64,000 nt of DNA. It comes from Eledone cirrhosa. Taxonomy: Eukaryota. Location: contig OZ024743.1 of NCBI GenBank assembly GCA_964016885.1, positions 264,926,001-264,990,000 on the forward strand, in the 5' to 3' direction. The notes beneath the pieces were generated by a model that was given only the letters and a program-made list of their open reading frames with translations, was not told the origin of the DNA and did not search any database. Numbering within the stretch: the first letter of the stretch is position 1; the number at the start of each line of letters is the position of its first letter. Positions 29,989 to 43,774 of this stretch are shown piece after piece. Both the position numbers and the translations under genes were made by a program.

Positions 29989-31298
29989 CTGTGCGTGTGT
30001 AAATATATATATATATAAATATATGAATATTAAGATGATTTGTAATTGAAGAATTCATCGGAGTATGTTTTACTATGACGACAGTCTGTTGGGCATTATC
30101 GCCCATCCAGTAATATGAATAATTTACTTGAAACGCTTGAGTGAGTAACGAATTTAAATATTGAGTTAACTTAGAATTAGCGGCTTCCAGGCATGTTTTG
30201 TCAATGAAAACTTATTTAATAAGTTGAAACCGAAAAGTTGGCCATATAAGCCGCCGCCTTTCCCGTAGAACTATTTAGAATCACATTCAAAACCGGATGC
30301 GTGCCCGCATTTTGTGCTCATACAGTAAACTATGGTCGATCCCTTAATCTGGTGCCTTTCCATCAAAATATATGTCAGTTTGAATCAAGTGAAAATATGA
30401 AAATGTGGTGGCTGCAGTGAGAAGGCCTGTTTCTGTGTTCTAGATATTCGAGTAAGTATGCTATACTTCTGTATGGTTTACGTTAGTTAACTTTACTGGA
30501 AATTATTCGGTGTCAAATTTGCTTTTAAACCCTTCAGTGCTCCTATGAGAAAACTGTCGATAAACACTTAATGTGGATTGAATCGCATGAAATACTCTAG
30601 AACAAAGGTTCCTAACGTCGGCCAATGCCCCCCCCCCCCACACACACACACCTGGAGGGCGTTTCGGAGGTCCATGGGGGGGGGCGTTTTGGGACCAGGG
30701 GGGGGGGGCTTATTTGAATCTTTTAGGGGTGCTGGACACTGCTTTAGGTTTTTAGTTTGGTAAGATGTATAAGTCATATTTGTGAATGCATTTGAATGAA
30801 GAAAACGAAGAAAATAAATAAAAGAAGCTTGTCAACGAATTCCCCAGGAAGATAACATATAACGAAAGAAATCAAAGAAAATGAACATAAGGATGTCAAC
30901 TTTGACAACAGTTACAAGAACAACTTCAACAGAAATGACAACAAAAAGAAGCAATGGTGATGAAGGGTGTGGGTGTATACATATATTGACATACGAAGAT
31001 ACACACACATGCATACGTACATACATACATACATACATACACACACACATATACACATACATCCCTGCGTTAGTGTTTGATAGGTTGAGAACCTGGTCAG
31101 CTTTTAGCCAGAGCTGTGGTATTTAATCTCCCTAGGTAAAAAAATCTGGAGACAGAATTTTCTCCTTACCAAAAAAACAAAACATAAATATAAATGCATG
31201 TATATATGAAAATGTATAAATGCATAACTAGATACATACGTAAATGTGTGTATGTATATATGTGTGTATGTAAATATGTGTGTATGTATATATGTGTG

Positions 31299-31345
<47 letters not shown>

Positions 31346-31822
31346 ACTTACATATATATATATATATCCCACTGCTGGTCACTCACTCTCGGCTGGCCCC
31401 TTCCTCACAATTTCACTCACTCCATCTCTGCTTCTCCCCCTCTCTCACTTCTCCCGCCTGACCTGCTTAAATTGCTTTCCTCTCTCAATCTTCTTGCGGC
31501 TCGGACGTATCTATTTCTCCTCGTCAATTTGATTTGTCGGATTTAAGCCCATAGAATTCATTGACATGTCTCTATTTTCCACTCTTTACGTTGCATTATT
31601 ACCATGTGTATGTTTCCTTCCCTCTGTTTTCCCACTGTCCCGATAACTTAATTGAGTTATCGCTCGCACTGATTTTAGGTATCTAGTCTTTAATGCGTCG
31701 AAATACCAACGTTAATCAACAGGCTACTGATGAGGACATTTTATCTCTTGGTCTATTTTTATTTATATATATATATATGTATAAACCTACACATACACAC
31801 ACATACACACCCACACACACAC

Positions 31823-31863
<41 letters not shown>

Positions 31864-31989
31864 TATATATATATACATCTACATACATACATACATTTAC
31901 GTATGTATATAGCTATGCATTTATACATTTCTATATATATGCATGCATTTATATTTAAGTGTGTAAGAATATATATATATATGTGTGTG

Positions 31990-32025
<36 letters not shown>

Positions 32026-32028
<3 letters not shown>

Positions 32029-32210
32029 TATAGATGAGATTCTACAGGACTAGAACTGTTTGATTCTTTAGAAATCATCAGATTCCTGATGATTTCTAAA
32101 GAATGAAACAGTTCTACTCCTGTAGAATCTCATCTATATTAAAACTTTTATACTCTGCTATGTATTGAATACCTTACTTACTGTGGTTACCTCCGATTAA
32201 AACCGGAATA
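32026..32210. mobile_element. Family C pLTR fold-back
   Basis: About 55-bp inverted arms around 32082-32085, then a tail homologous to 1468-1530. Confidence 0.8.
32080..32130 (+). ncRNA. Type I hammerhead (family C), stems intact
   Basis: AGATTC-CTGATGA-T TTC TAAA GAA T-GAAA-CAG TTCTACTC CTG-TA-GAATCT. Confidence 0.82.
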
Positions 32211-32218
32211 ACTTACCT

Positions 32219-32273
<55 letters not shown>

Positions 32274-32580
32274 CACACACATATATATTTTCTTTTTTCA
32301 GTCTGGTCTACGATGTTTGAACCCCCTGTTGGAGTTAGATAGATAGATAGACGTTTACCAAACACACACACATATTTCTTACTCTCTCTGTCCCATCCCC
32401 CAATTTCTCTCTTAATATATATATATGGCGTTGTTATTTGGTGTTGTTGAAAAGAGCAGTGGCATTTCATCTGGCAATAAAAGCTGGAGACAAAATTATT
32501 TCTGTACCAACACCAAGAAACACACACACAAGTTTGTGCGTGTGTACGTGTGTGTGTGTGTGTGTGCGTGCGTGCGCGTT

Positions 32581-32649
<69 letters not shown>

Positions 32650-33879
32650 CTATCTATGTATATATATAAGGGATACAGATATTGCTTTCTCCAAGCTTCT
32701 CAATTCATTCCTTGCAACTAAGTGTTTTAATTGCTACGAGGTATATTATTTTGCAAGTTATTATATTTCCCTTGAGTTTGTGATTTCAGAGAAAGGTAAG
32801 AAATTCTTCATATTTTGCATCTTTTGTATTTTGACTTTACAGTTTCAATTGTCTATCCACTCAATATAATATAACAGCTAACAGTGAAATATAGAATTTA
32901 AAAACAAAAATGCTTTTTCGACTAAGATGAAATCTTTTTTTTTTTATTTCAAAAATATATAATTTGAAATAGCTTGCTTTTGTTTTGGGCTGAAACTTTT
33001 TTGTGTTTAATTCGTACGAGTATTTTTTAAAGATTCTAAGATAACTTGATTTGGCACAGTAATCTACTGATATCAAAATCAATAGTATATTGAAAAATGG
33101 AAAAATAGTGTGGCGTGGGGGCGTTTCGTTATTTCCAGGGGCAAAAGGGGCGTTTGGCCGAAATGGGTTGTGAACCTTTTCTCTAGAACTAGGAAAAGAA
33201 TGGCCGTTAACATCGAAACAATATAGGAATACAACATTGGAAGACACACTATTTGGTAAAGGTCAATGGAATTCCACTTCTCTACACATAGGCCAATACA
33301 TTTAGTGATTCTGTTCGCTTATACTTTTGATCATTTCAAAAACTTATTTTTCTTGTTTAAAACCGATAACTGTACTCCTATAACTGTAGTCAATTCCATC
33401 AACATTCAGTAATTTCTCCTATAAGCAATTTAACTATGAAGAATCTCTAAAGCAAAATACCTGTCAAATCAATCCTCACCGTCTTCAGGAGGAGGGGGTG
33501 GTTGAAGGGCCCTACCATTCGTAAGGCTTATTAGGCTGATGGTGGTCCTCATCTATGATCTTTGCTGAAAGACTCTTGCTCTTTACTACCGAGATAATGA
33601 ACGATAGAAACGCTAGTGGGGGCTTGGCATATATGAAAGCCTAGGGGCTCAGCTATTGGTTAATACGACCTAGACGGTATGAGGTGGTTGGGAATTTCAT
33701 GCACATACGAAAACACGAAAACAGACATGCTGGAATGATATTTATCGTAAGTTTTCTTAGATAAAGAATATCCTGAACTTGAGCTAATCGACAAAACACC
33801 AAAGATGTTACATTAGGCGTAGACACTCGTACAATGACCCACAAAAATACTTAATACAACACACCGAAAGAAAAGAGGA

Positions 33880-34990
33880 GTGTAAGAAAGAATGATTTAG
33901 GAAAGATAGACTAATATTAAAAAACTGAATATGAGGCTAGGTATGGGGTTATTGGAATAAATAGGCTGGCCATACCAGTTATAATCTACACTATCAATAT
34001 AATAAACTGGAACCTAAGGATGTGAAACATTTCCGACACAAATAAAACAAGAATCTAATACAAACGCACTGAAGCCAACGCACCAAGACAGACATAGGCG
34101 AAGTATACACACCCAATAAAGAAATAGAAAACTACTTCAATTTTGTTTCTATTTGGACTGGAAAAATCACTAAGAAATAAACATAGGGACACTGATAAAT
34201 GTAATAAAATAACATGCAGAGAAAAAAGCTATCCTTCCAATACAAGTAAACAATAACTTACCAAACAGAAACAAGCAACATTGGAAGAATAAATTTAGAT
34301 AAGACAACATAATCGTTAAAGAGACAAACATATCATTAAAAGGTAATTACAAATATCATAAAGACGAAATGGCGAGAAAAATCACTCCACGTCCAATATG
34401 ATGCAAAACTTGTCAGGGAAGAAATAAGATAAACTGAAAAGCAACAATGGTTAAAACATTCTACATTAAGAGCAAAAATCAAAGGACTGACTATCGCAGC
34501 TCATAATTAAAGTCTTACAAACATAAATATGTAAAAATAAAACAATGAAATCGGATCATAAATCTAAATGCAAAATGTAAAACAAACACAATGAGACGAT
34601 TGACCATATTGTCTTCATCTACCCAGTCATTGTTGAGATTAAATATACATACAAATATGATCGAGTCGCCGGCCTAATGGATAATGTGTCAAATGTTCGA
34701 CGTAGTATGGAGATGTATGAAATATGGCCGAAGGCAACAACATGTGCATAATATGATATATACCCACTCAAGTTAAAACAAGAATAAAAAAAAACAGTAA
34801 ATGACATATTAATCAAGGATTAAAGAATTAAAATACGTCCACTAAAAATGAAGAAAAACATTGAAGACGTCGAAGATTTGAAAATATTAGACACATTCAA
34901 CCAATAACTCTGCTTGTAACTATGCATATCATGCGCAGATATTATCGATTCAATAGTGCAGCTCCAATAGAAAGATCTTCGTAAATAACG
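33880..34990 (+). pseudogene. Heavily degraded R4/Dong-clade LINE C-terminal region
   Basis: Manual translation remnants LAIPVIIYTINIINWN, EKSLH.QY, QWLKHSTLRA..KGLTIAA, KCKM..ETIDHIV. Confidence 0.7.
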
Positions 34991-35882
34991 CACATCCTAA
35001 ACTTTATTACCTATTAAACAACACAGCTCACGCTACATTCACTATTCACAACAGAGCAAACAATAAAATAACACAATAAATTATAAGGTAACAATAGCAA
35101 TATATTATTTCGGATAACTGGCATGAGATCCCAATACAACGATAATATAAATTGTGTTACAATATGCTTTTGTAGGATGCGTTGGAATGTGAAAATAAAG
35201 GAGGGGTACGAACATTAAGACTAATATACAACATATGTTTAAACTGCTCAAAGAATATTTAAAAAAGGTTTTAAATATTAAATATTTAATATTTGATAAG
35301 ATTGATATACCAATGGAAACCGGTAAAATTGGACAACATTTAAATCTACTTAATGTAACATGTATGCAATTATTCATTCTGGCTGATTAAAAATTTTAAA
35401 TATACCTCTGTGCTTTTTCGCTTTTACTTTTTACCGTTGACCTATATATATATATATATATATATATATAAGTATATCGTATTTTTACTCCAATTATTTG
35501 TTGAGTGCTTTATACCAGTTATAAAAATATTTGCTTGTTGTATCCCAACAATTTAATAGAACTTTTACATATATATATATATATATATATCTTCATAGGT
35601 ATATTTTAAACTTATAGCCTCGTTTAAATGAATTTTTGTGTGGTTAATTTATGCTGATTAGGAGAAGAAATACTGCATATATTTTATCTAATGATTCTAT
35701 GGACTTACTTTATATATATACAGTGAGCTGTATTGATGAATGGTGATACCCAGAAACATTAGTGTCTGCAGTTCTGGTCACATGCCAACACAAGAGCAAG
35801 AATGAAGGGTTCATTCTACTGACATGGCTATAGAATTGAGGCGTGTTTGGATAATTGCAAACGAATCGAATGTTATTATTAT

Positions 35883-36057
35883 GGCAGTATCGGTAGAGGG
35901 TTGGACACCATGCTTTGACGTATAGAGTTACGGCCCTTGCCATTCTGAGTTCAAATCCCGTCGAGGTTAACTTTGCCTTTCATCCTTATGGGGTCGATAA
36001 AATAAAGTACCAGTAATCTACTGGGTAATTGCTGGCCTTGTGCCAAAAGTAGAAACA
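35883..36057 (+). mobile_element. tRNA-derived Nin/Deu-domain SINE
   Basis: B-box GAGTTCAAATCC; core GAGGTTAACTTTGCCTTTCATCCTTATGGGGTCGATAAAATAAAGTACCAG; ATT context. Confidence 0.9.
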
Positions 36058-37329
36058 ATTATTAATATTCGAAAAACTCAGATTACATTTATATATATAT
36101 TACCCACTCAACTCCGCCAAGTATTGACTACTCTGGTGGCTTATGGCCTAACTGGTTTTTACCACCGCATCTCTGATATATATATATATATATATAAAAG
36201 GATCCGATCTTACCCACTTCTATCCGTCTCCTTTATACATCCTCTGTTATTTTTCCCTTATTTCCTGGCCTCCCTCGACAACTTGCTATCTTTTCCCTAT
36301 ATATATTTGTATGTAAAAATATCATTACGTTCTGTAAGGCAAAATTTAAGGTATCAAGATTTAGAAACAGAACACAGACGTGTTGATACGAAATAGTGTA
36401 AAATAGTTATTGTTGATGTTGTTGATGTATAGGGAAATGTCTTATTTTTGTATAACTCTGGTTTATATTGTTCAACAGTGATTTCCGTCTTCAGGTCTAT
36501 AGTAGTATATTTCAGATTATGTGGCTGCTATTTCCTGCAGATAAAACAGCCACGTTGTGTCTCTCTTGTTTGTTGATATAGTATGTTTCGTTTGACGCTC
36601 TGCCAGTTTATTTGTTTTTGTTTTTTTATTTTTGTTACAAATTCGTCACTAATTTTGAAACATGTTATATACTACTTTATAAATGTTTTGTTGTTTATCG
36701 AAGAATATAAAATTGATATACGATAGATTTGGGGAATATTTTATTTGTTTATGCAATGTTAAAACAAAACATAATTTAAGAGTTCCTATAAAATGTTATT
36801 GTCTATTGTGAATAGTAAAAAAAAAAATAATCAATTCATTTTCATAGTCTGTCATATAGGAAAAACATTTCTGCAGAATATCGCCATTTAATATCTGACT
36901 ATATTCATACATCCGCTGGTCTGACTAGCTATAGCAGAACATTTTTAAATATGGTACTTTCTAGTACAGTGTCTGCTCTAACATAAGAGATTTTGGCAAC
37001 AGGCCAAGACAGCTTTCGAGTGCATTACTACTGCATACGTTTTGTTGTTATAGAACTACTTACTAATTGCAATTAATGTTATTGCATTAGGAAAAACATG
37101 TGGAATTGGCACTAAGTTATGGAATTATTATGGAAGTGATTATTATTATTATTATTATTATTAATAATAATAGTATTGTCGTGTTGTTCTTGTTTTATAC
37201 AAAAGAAAACATTAGCTAATGTTTCCTTCTCATCAGAGCAAAAGGAATTATAAATTAAGTTGCTTGTTTCACTTTAACTCTAGCAGAACAGAGTTGTCAT
37301 CCAATTTTATATTAATTTCAATAAAACTA

Positions 37330-37397
<68 letters not shown>

Positions 37398-37643
37398 GTA
37401 TGACAACGTTGTTCCGTGAATGTTTGCTACATGTCAAATTATATAATTCCTGCACTGAATAAACTTACTTTAATGATTTGTCTTCATTAAATGCATGAAA
37501 AACCGTGCTGTGTTTACCTAATAAACTGAACAGTTAATTTCATTTTAGTCAAAGACAAACATGAAAACAATAAATAGCGAATTGACTATATATTGCAAAA
37601 AAAAAAAGAGTTATTGCGTTCTTCTTCTTCTTCTTCTTCTTCT

Positions 37644-37664
37644 TATTATTATTATTAGTATTAA

Positions 37665-37707
<43 letters not shown>
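37644..37707. repeat. (ATT)n microsatellite preceded by (CTT)n
   Basis: Direct reading; left edge of the retroelement array. Confidence 0.97.
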
Positions 37708-37708
<1 letters not shown>

Positions 37709-40700
37709 TTTGAGTCTCAGTCATTGATGTTAGTTAACTGGAACGTTTGTTGAAATGAATATCAAGCCACTACCTGCAGCCTCAGATATTCAGGATGTAT
37801 CGGAGGGTTCTTGCTGTTCCCAGCAAGCATGTCTTTTGAAGCGTTCCAAAAAGCGTGAAGGGGCCAATTTTCTTTAACCATCCCTGGAAACTTTTTGAGA
37901 TAGTCCCTAGTGCGCCTATGACAATAGGGATCACTTTGACTTCATGGCAGTTCCAAATCCATTTTACCTCCCACTTTAAGTCCTGGTATCGGTTAATTTT
38001 CTCCCTCTCCTTCTCTTGCACTCTCGTGTCGAATGGGCAGGCTACATCCACAATCAGGCACGATTTTTTCCCTTTGTCCAAAACCACAAGGTCAGGTCTA
38101 TTGTGTTCCTATTTCTTGTCCGTCTGAATCCTAAAATCCCACAGCACCTTCACCTGATCGTTTTCTATCACCGACTCTTGCTTATGCTCATACCACTTCT
38201 CAGAATGTGGTAAATTGTTTACTTTGCATAGGTGCCAGTGGTTCACCCTGCCCATCACATCATGTCTCCAGGCCTTTAGTGAGTATGGGCTATGTGTTTA
38301 CACTCGGATACAATGTGAGCCACAGTCTCCTCTCTCTCTCCACAGATCCTGCACAGTGGGCTAGCCTCCTCCTTGTAAATATGGTGTTTCAACCACTTCG
38401 TTTTGAGGGCCTGCTCCTACGCAGCCATTAACATTCCTTCATGTTATTTGCTCCTTGGACATCCCTTGACCTATTGTCCCCTCCTTCAGTACAGTTCTGA
38501 GCATTGGCACCTTACTATCAGTCACGTATTTGTGTATGTTGTTTTTCTCCATCTGAACACAGTCCTCTATGCTGATAAGACCTCTTCCACCTTCAGATCT
38601 CCTTAAGTAGAGTCTATCGACATCACTCCTCTTGTGGAACATGTTGTAGATAGTCAATAGCTTCCTAGTCTTCCTATCCATTTCTTTTTGTTCAGCAACA
38701 TTCCATCTAAGAATTCCTGCACTGTACCGAATAATGGACACAGCTCGGGAATTTACTGCACTTATGGCATTCCTACTGTTCAGATGTGATTTTAATACGC
38801 TCCTTACTCTCCGAATGTATTCAGTTTTCATCAATTCCTTCATTTTTTTGTTCTTGATGTCATCAGCCTCCAGAACGCCCTAATACTTGTATCCTTCTTC
38901 AGAGTCAATTTCCTTTATCATCTCACCTGTTGGTACCTGGATTCCATTACTTCTGCTCAACTTACCCCTCTTCAGCACAATGACTCCACACTTACTAATA
39001 CCAAATTGCATACATATATCATTGCTGAAAATACGGACAGTGTCAACAAGCACATCCAACACCTTCTCACTCTTCCCGAAGAGCTTAATATCGTTCATGA
39101 AGAGGAGGTGATTGATGGCAAGCCCTCCCTTTCCCAACCTGTATCCTGCTCTCACGTTTCGCAGTACACTGGTCAGGGGCATCAGTGCAAGGACAAACAA
39201 CAGGGGGGACAGACTATCTCCCTGGAAGATACCTCTCTTGATCTTCACGCTTTCCAAGGATTCTCCAGTTGATGTTAATTCTGTTTCCCAGGACTTCATA
39301 CTTTTGCCCAACAACTGTCTGATGTTATCTGCCACCTTGAAGATCTCCAGGCTTTTGATGATCCAAGAATGAGGCACCATGTCAAATGCCTTTTTGTAGT
39401 CTATCCATCCCATGGCAAGACCAGTGTGTCTCCTCTTGCAATTCCTCATTACCATCTTATCAATAAGTAACTGGTCCTTTGTACCACGTGACTTCTTTCG
39501 GCATCCTTTCTGTTCGTCCGGTAACAAGTTGTTTGTGTGGAGGTGATGGTAGATTTCCTCAGACATAATGCTTGTCAACAGTTTCCACATTACGGACAGA
39601 CATGTGATAGGTCTATAGTTGGTAACATCATTACCCTTGATTCGGTCTTTCATTATCAGACTGTGGTACCTTTTGTCAACCACTCTGGTACCTCACCTGA
39701 CATCAAGCAGTCATTGAACATGGTTGTCAGTTTCGGGTGGAGGGATGTTATATTTTTAATCCAATACCCCTCCACACCATCTGGGATTGGTGATTTCCAG
39801 TTGGCTAGTTTTTTGGCCTGCCCCTTAAGAGTTTCAACTGTGATACTCAAATCAGTTTGTTGGTGTGCCTGTTCACTAATCTCCTTCCGTACTGTCTCAA
39901 TCCACACTGCCTGGTCATTATGTTTAACATACTGCTCCCATATTCCTCTCCAGAATGTTTTAGTTTGTTCCGCCTCAGGGATCAAGTCGTTGCCTCTTTC
40001 TTTCCCTTCAAGCTGTCCAAACAGCATCTTCTGGTTGTTGTCGAAGATGCGGTTCTGTCTATACTGACTGACTCTGTTCTCGTATCGCCTGATTTTTGCA
40101 CTCTTTGCTACAATGCGATTCTTCAGTTCCTTTATGATAATATTTAGCTTTTTCCTCCTAGTTTTGTACTTTATTTCCAGTCTATTTTTAGTGTCTATGT
40201 TTTCTAGTGTCACATTCAGTAGGGTCTCAAACTCTCCAATGTCATTCCTCATTTCCCTGATTTGAACACTCAGTCGTTTCTTCCACCAAGGCTCTGCTCT
40301 TTCTTGTCTGTTGTTTCCTCTCGCTTTTATACCAAGTAGTTTCCTCACCGTATTTGCTGTTGCTTTGAGTATATTGTTGCATTGGTGAAGGCTCCTCGCC
40401 TCAAGGTATGGGATTACTTTCTTTACCTTAGCTGTTGTTTCTTTTAACTTTTTCCTGTCTACAAATCTTAGGTTCAGAGGTTTCCCACTATCATTGTTCA
40501 TTTCATCTACCACTAAGTTTAGGATATCAACCAAATCTTGTCCTAGCCCACCAGCATTCATTTCCTCAAGGGCCGTATCTCTGTTCCAGGTATTATTTAT
40601 CTCAGCATTCAGATCATTGTCTGCTTCGGGTGGTTCCTCCGTTCTTTCGATATCTTCACCCTAATTTCCCACTGGCTCGTTTGCCTGGCATACTCCACTC

Positions 40701-41241
40701 TCCATCTCCAAGCTAATCTCTCTGCTCAATTCCTCCAGTTCCAGCTCGCTTATCCACCCATTAGTTCTTATTACCCGAGCCTGCCCGGCCAATTTTTGTT
40801 CATCTAATTTAAATAGCCCAATCTCGTTCCAGATGTTATGCATCCGTTTCCTATAGCCTTTCTCCTTGGGGTTACTCTTCAGGTAACATTGCATAACAGT
40901 TCTATTCAATTTTTTCTTCTAGTTGGTTCTGGTCCCTTTCCTTCTTCTTCTTCCTCCGACACCAGCAGTATTGGGTGACAGCCAGGTCCCTGCTGCTGAG
41001 CCAGGGAGCACCTGTTGGGTGAGAGTCTGTCACATGACATTCTAGTCTCCATTTCACCGTTATTCGAACTGTTTAGGTTCGACATTTAAACACTCTTATC
41101 GAGGATTGGTGAATGTATGGTTACATAACCACCAGTGATTTCATCACCCCCCGGTGATTTTAGCATGGCACTATCACGCTGTAGACGAACATAAATAAAT
41201 AAACAAATAAATAGGTAAAAACTTAAAACAATAAGGATAAG

Positions 41242-41243
<2 letters not shown>
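37708..41243 (-). mobile_element. Full-length, frameshifted R4/Dong non-LTR retrotransposon (RT plus CCHC plus REL) in (TAA)n
   Basis: GYRKRMHNIW..LAGQARVI N-terminus; [34 protein letters not shown] motifs; RPD..DVACPFD..EK..Y.DL REL; ATT repeats on both sides. Confidence 0.95.
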
Positions 41244-41276
<33 letters not shown>

Positions 41277-41460
41277 GGCGGTGGATTGGCAGTATCAGTA
41301 GAGGGTCGGACGCCATGCTTTCCAGCATAGTTACGTCCCTTTACGATCTGAGTTCAAATCCCGCCGAGGTTGACTTTGCCTTTCATCCTTACGGGGTCGA
41401 TAAAATAAAGTACCAGTAATGCACTGGGTAATTGGTGGCCTTGTGCCTAAAGTAGAAACA
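41277..41460 (+). mobile_element. tRNA-derived Nin/Deu-domain SINE (full length)
   Basis: GGCGGTGGATTGG head, B-box GAGTTCAAATCC, conserved core, (ATT)n on both sides. Confidence 0.92.
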
Positions 41461-41697
41461 ATTATTATTATTATTATCATTGTTGGTGAAGCCACGCTTC
41501 TTATCGCCTCCAGTTTTTTTCAACGTTTTACCTCGTTTTCAACCGTTCTAAACCTTTTATTCAAGTTTTAAATTTGATAAAAGTTTAGAAGAAATGACCA
41601 ACCTAATACAGGGGTTCACTCGTAAATAATACGGCACCCCTTTACGGGGTGTCGTATTCGTATTTGTGTAAAAGTATTCATTTGAAAAAATTTCAAC

Positions 41698-43742
41698 ATG
41701 GATAACACAAGAAACAGAGAGAGCGCTGTCAGACAACACAGAGAGAGGGCGACTTTATCAGCATGTCAACAAGACAGCGTTCTAGCGGAAGTAAATATAA
41801 ACGAAAATATTACAAAGGAAAAGATTGTTACAGATTTAAAACTAACAAATATTTCTAACACAAACAACACTAACAATAACACCAACAACAACACCAACAA
41901 CAACACCATCAATAACAACAGCAACAACAAAAATAACAGCGGTAAGGTCGAGAACGACAATAACAAAAATAACAGCGGTATGGTCGAGAACGACAATAAC
42001 AATGACAATAACAACAGCCACAACAACAATAATAGTAGGAACAATATCAACAAAAACAACAATAATAACAACAGCCACAATAACAGTAACAACAGCAACA
42101 GTATCAATGAAAATAACAACAACAACACCAACAACTGTACCAACGAAAACAACAACAATGACATCGATACCTGTAATAGCGATCTCAGCACCACCAGTAA
42201 GACCAGTAGCGGCAGCAATAGTGGTGCTGCTGAAAAAGGGACAACTTCTTTTGCAGGTGTCGCCCGAAATATCGAGACAGTGTTAGTCACAGAGGAGGAG
42301 ATTGCAGTCGCAAGGGCCATGGTGACAAGAAGCGCCAATAGAGTCTGCCTGAAACCTCCACCCGATTTTTTCAAGGACCAGCAGCTACGGACGGTGACTT
42401 ACCGCACCGTAAGCAAAATCTCACATCGGGTGGAGAGAGCCACGGAGGCTCAAATCCAAAAGGCTTTGGCGTGCGTCTGGGCACGCAAAACCCACATCAC
42501 CCGAGGCAGAAAGTAAGCCACAGTAGACGTACTTTTCGCCACCCTCCAGGAAGCAAAATCTCACTCTTTGGAAACCCTAAAATGTGAGGAGATAGTCTTG
42601 GTGCCCTCCTACTGCGGGCAGAAAATTGTGAGGGTCAAAGTGACCCAGGTCCCACCCGACGTGCCAATACCTTGGCTGGCGGCGTCTGTCCTTGCTCGAA
42701 TCGAGAACAGGACGACCATGCAAGTAGAAAAAATAGGGAGAGAGAACTGGTCAGGTATAGGCATGCAAATGCTTATACAAACTGACCAGGAATGTATCGA
42801 CGCTATCCCCGATATCGAGGAAGGACTCCAACTCCCTATAAGTGTAGAAGGAAGACGGCCAAAATGTTATCTCTGTGGGTCCAAGGGTCACCTCAGGGCC
42901 TTTTGCCCGCGGAAGACAGCGAAGAAGAAGGCCCCTCCCCTTCCAATACCTGGTCCAAGAGCAGGGCAGGCAACAAACGAAGAAGCACCTTTCACAGTGA
43001 GTAGGAGCGCAATGCTCGTAGCACCCGTACCAAGGCCACGGACAACTAAAGCAGCAGCATCAGTGGCAGCAACACCAATAGCTACATTTGAAGTAGCTAC
43101 ACCAGCAACAAAATTGCCGAAGAGGGCTCCACTACCACCACCAACAGCCGTGGAGCACATACCCCTCCCAGACGCCACAGAATCCGACATGGATTTTGAG
43201 GCGGGAGTGAAGTGGCAAACGGTCTGCCACAAAAAAAACAAAAAGAAAACAACCCTTAGATTCACCCTTCAAAAGCGAAGGCATACAAAGAGGGGTAAAG
43301 GCAGCAAGGAAGCTTGCAGCAACACCAACACCATCACCACCACAAGCACCACTGACAACAACAACCACACCACCACCAGCATCACCAAAAACACCAAACT
43401 GCAACAAGAAGAAAACAGCAACAAAATCACCTTCCCCCCACAAAGTACACAGCCATACACATGGCAAAAAAAGAACTCATTCAATATATAAAGCAGCACA
43501 CAGACATCACAGAAAAAAACTACTACACCCCACCAACACCAAGAACTCTCCCGACAAACATAAGCATCCTCGAAATCTCAATAGAACAGTACAAACCTTT
43601 AAAACAAAAATTCCCCAACGCAGTTGGAGACTTCAGAGGGTGGGTTTCCAAGAGGATATACACTGACATCCTCTTGGAAACACCCACGACCAGCGAAAGG
43701 GACGGTTCTACTGTCCCTTCACCACACGATCAAGGTAAGTGA
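41698..43742 (+). pseudogene. Tx1-like ORF1 (Asn-rich N-terminus, CCHC zinc knuckle, Pro/Thr-rich tail)
   Basis: CYLCGSKGHLRAFC; one in-frame stop at 42514-42516 and later frameshifts. Confidence 0.85.
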
Positions 43743-43774
43743 CCCTTTCTCACTTGCCCCGTTTCTCATTCAAG

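Larger units (their letters stand above)
30603..33180. mobile_element. Non-autonomous hAT (Charlie/Buster-like) element enlarged by nested insertions
   Basis: 8-bp TSD CTCTAGAA at 30595-30602 and 33181-33188; imperfect TIRs CAAAGGTTCCTAAC / GTTGTGAACCTTTT; subterminal CGGCCAATGCCCC vs GGGGCGTTTGGCCG. Confidence 0.72.

Noticed and set aside
31690-31760. CTGATGAGGAC with an upstream GTCGAAA as a possible hammerhead
   Set aside because: Stems I and III could not be closed convincingly.
35715-37040. Unique-looking stretches that might be host exons
   Set aside because: No recognisable protein motif or convincing splice-bounded ORF; needs RNA-seq.
41345-41370. tRNA-like B-box GAGTTCAAATCC
   Set aside because: Part of a SINE head; no cloverleaf, so not a tRNA gene.
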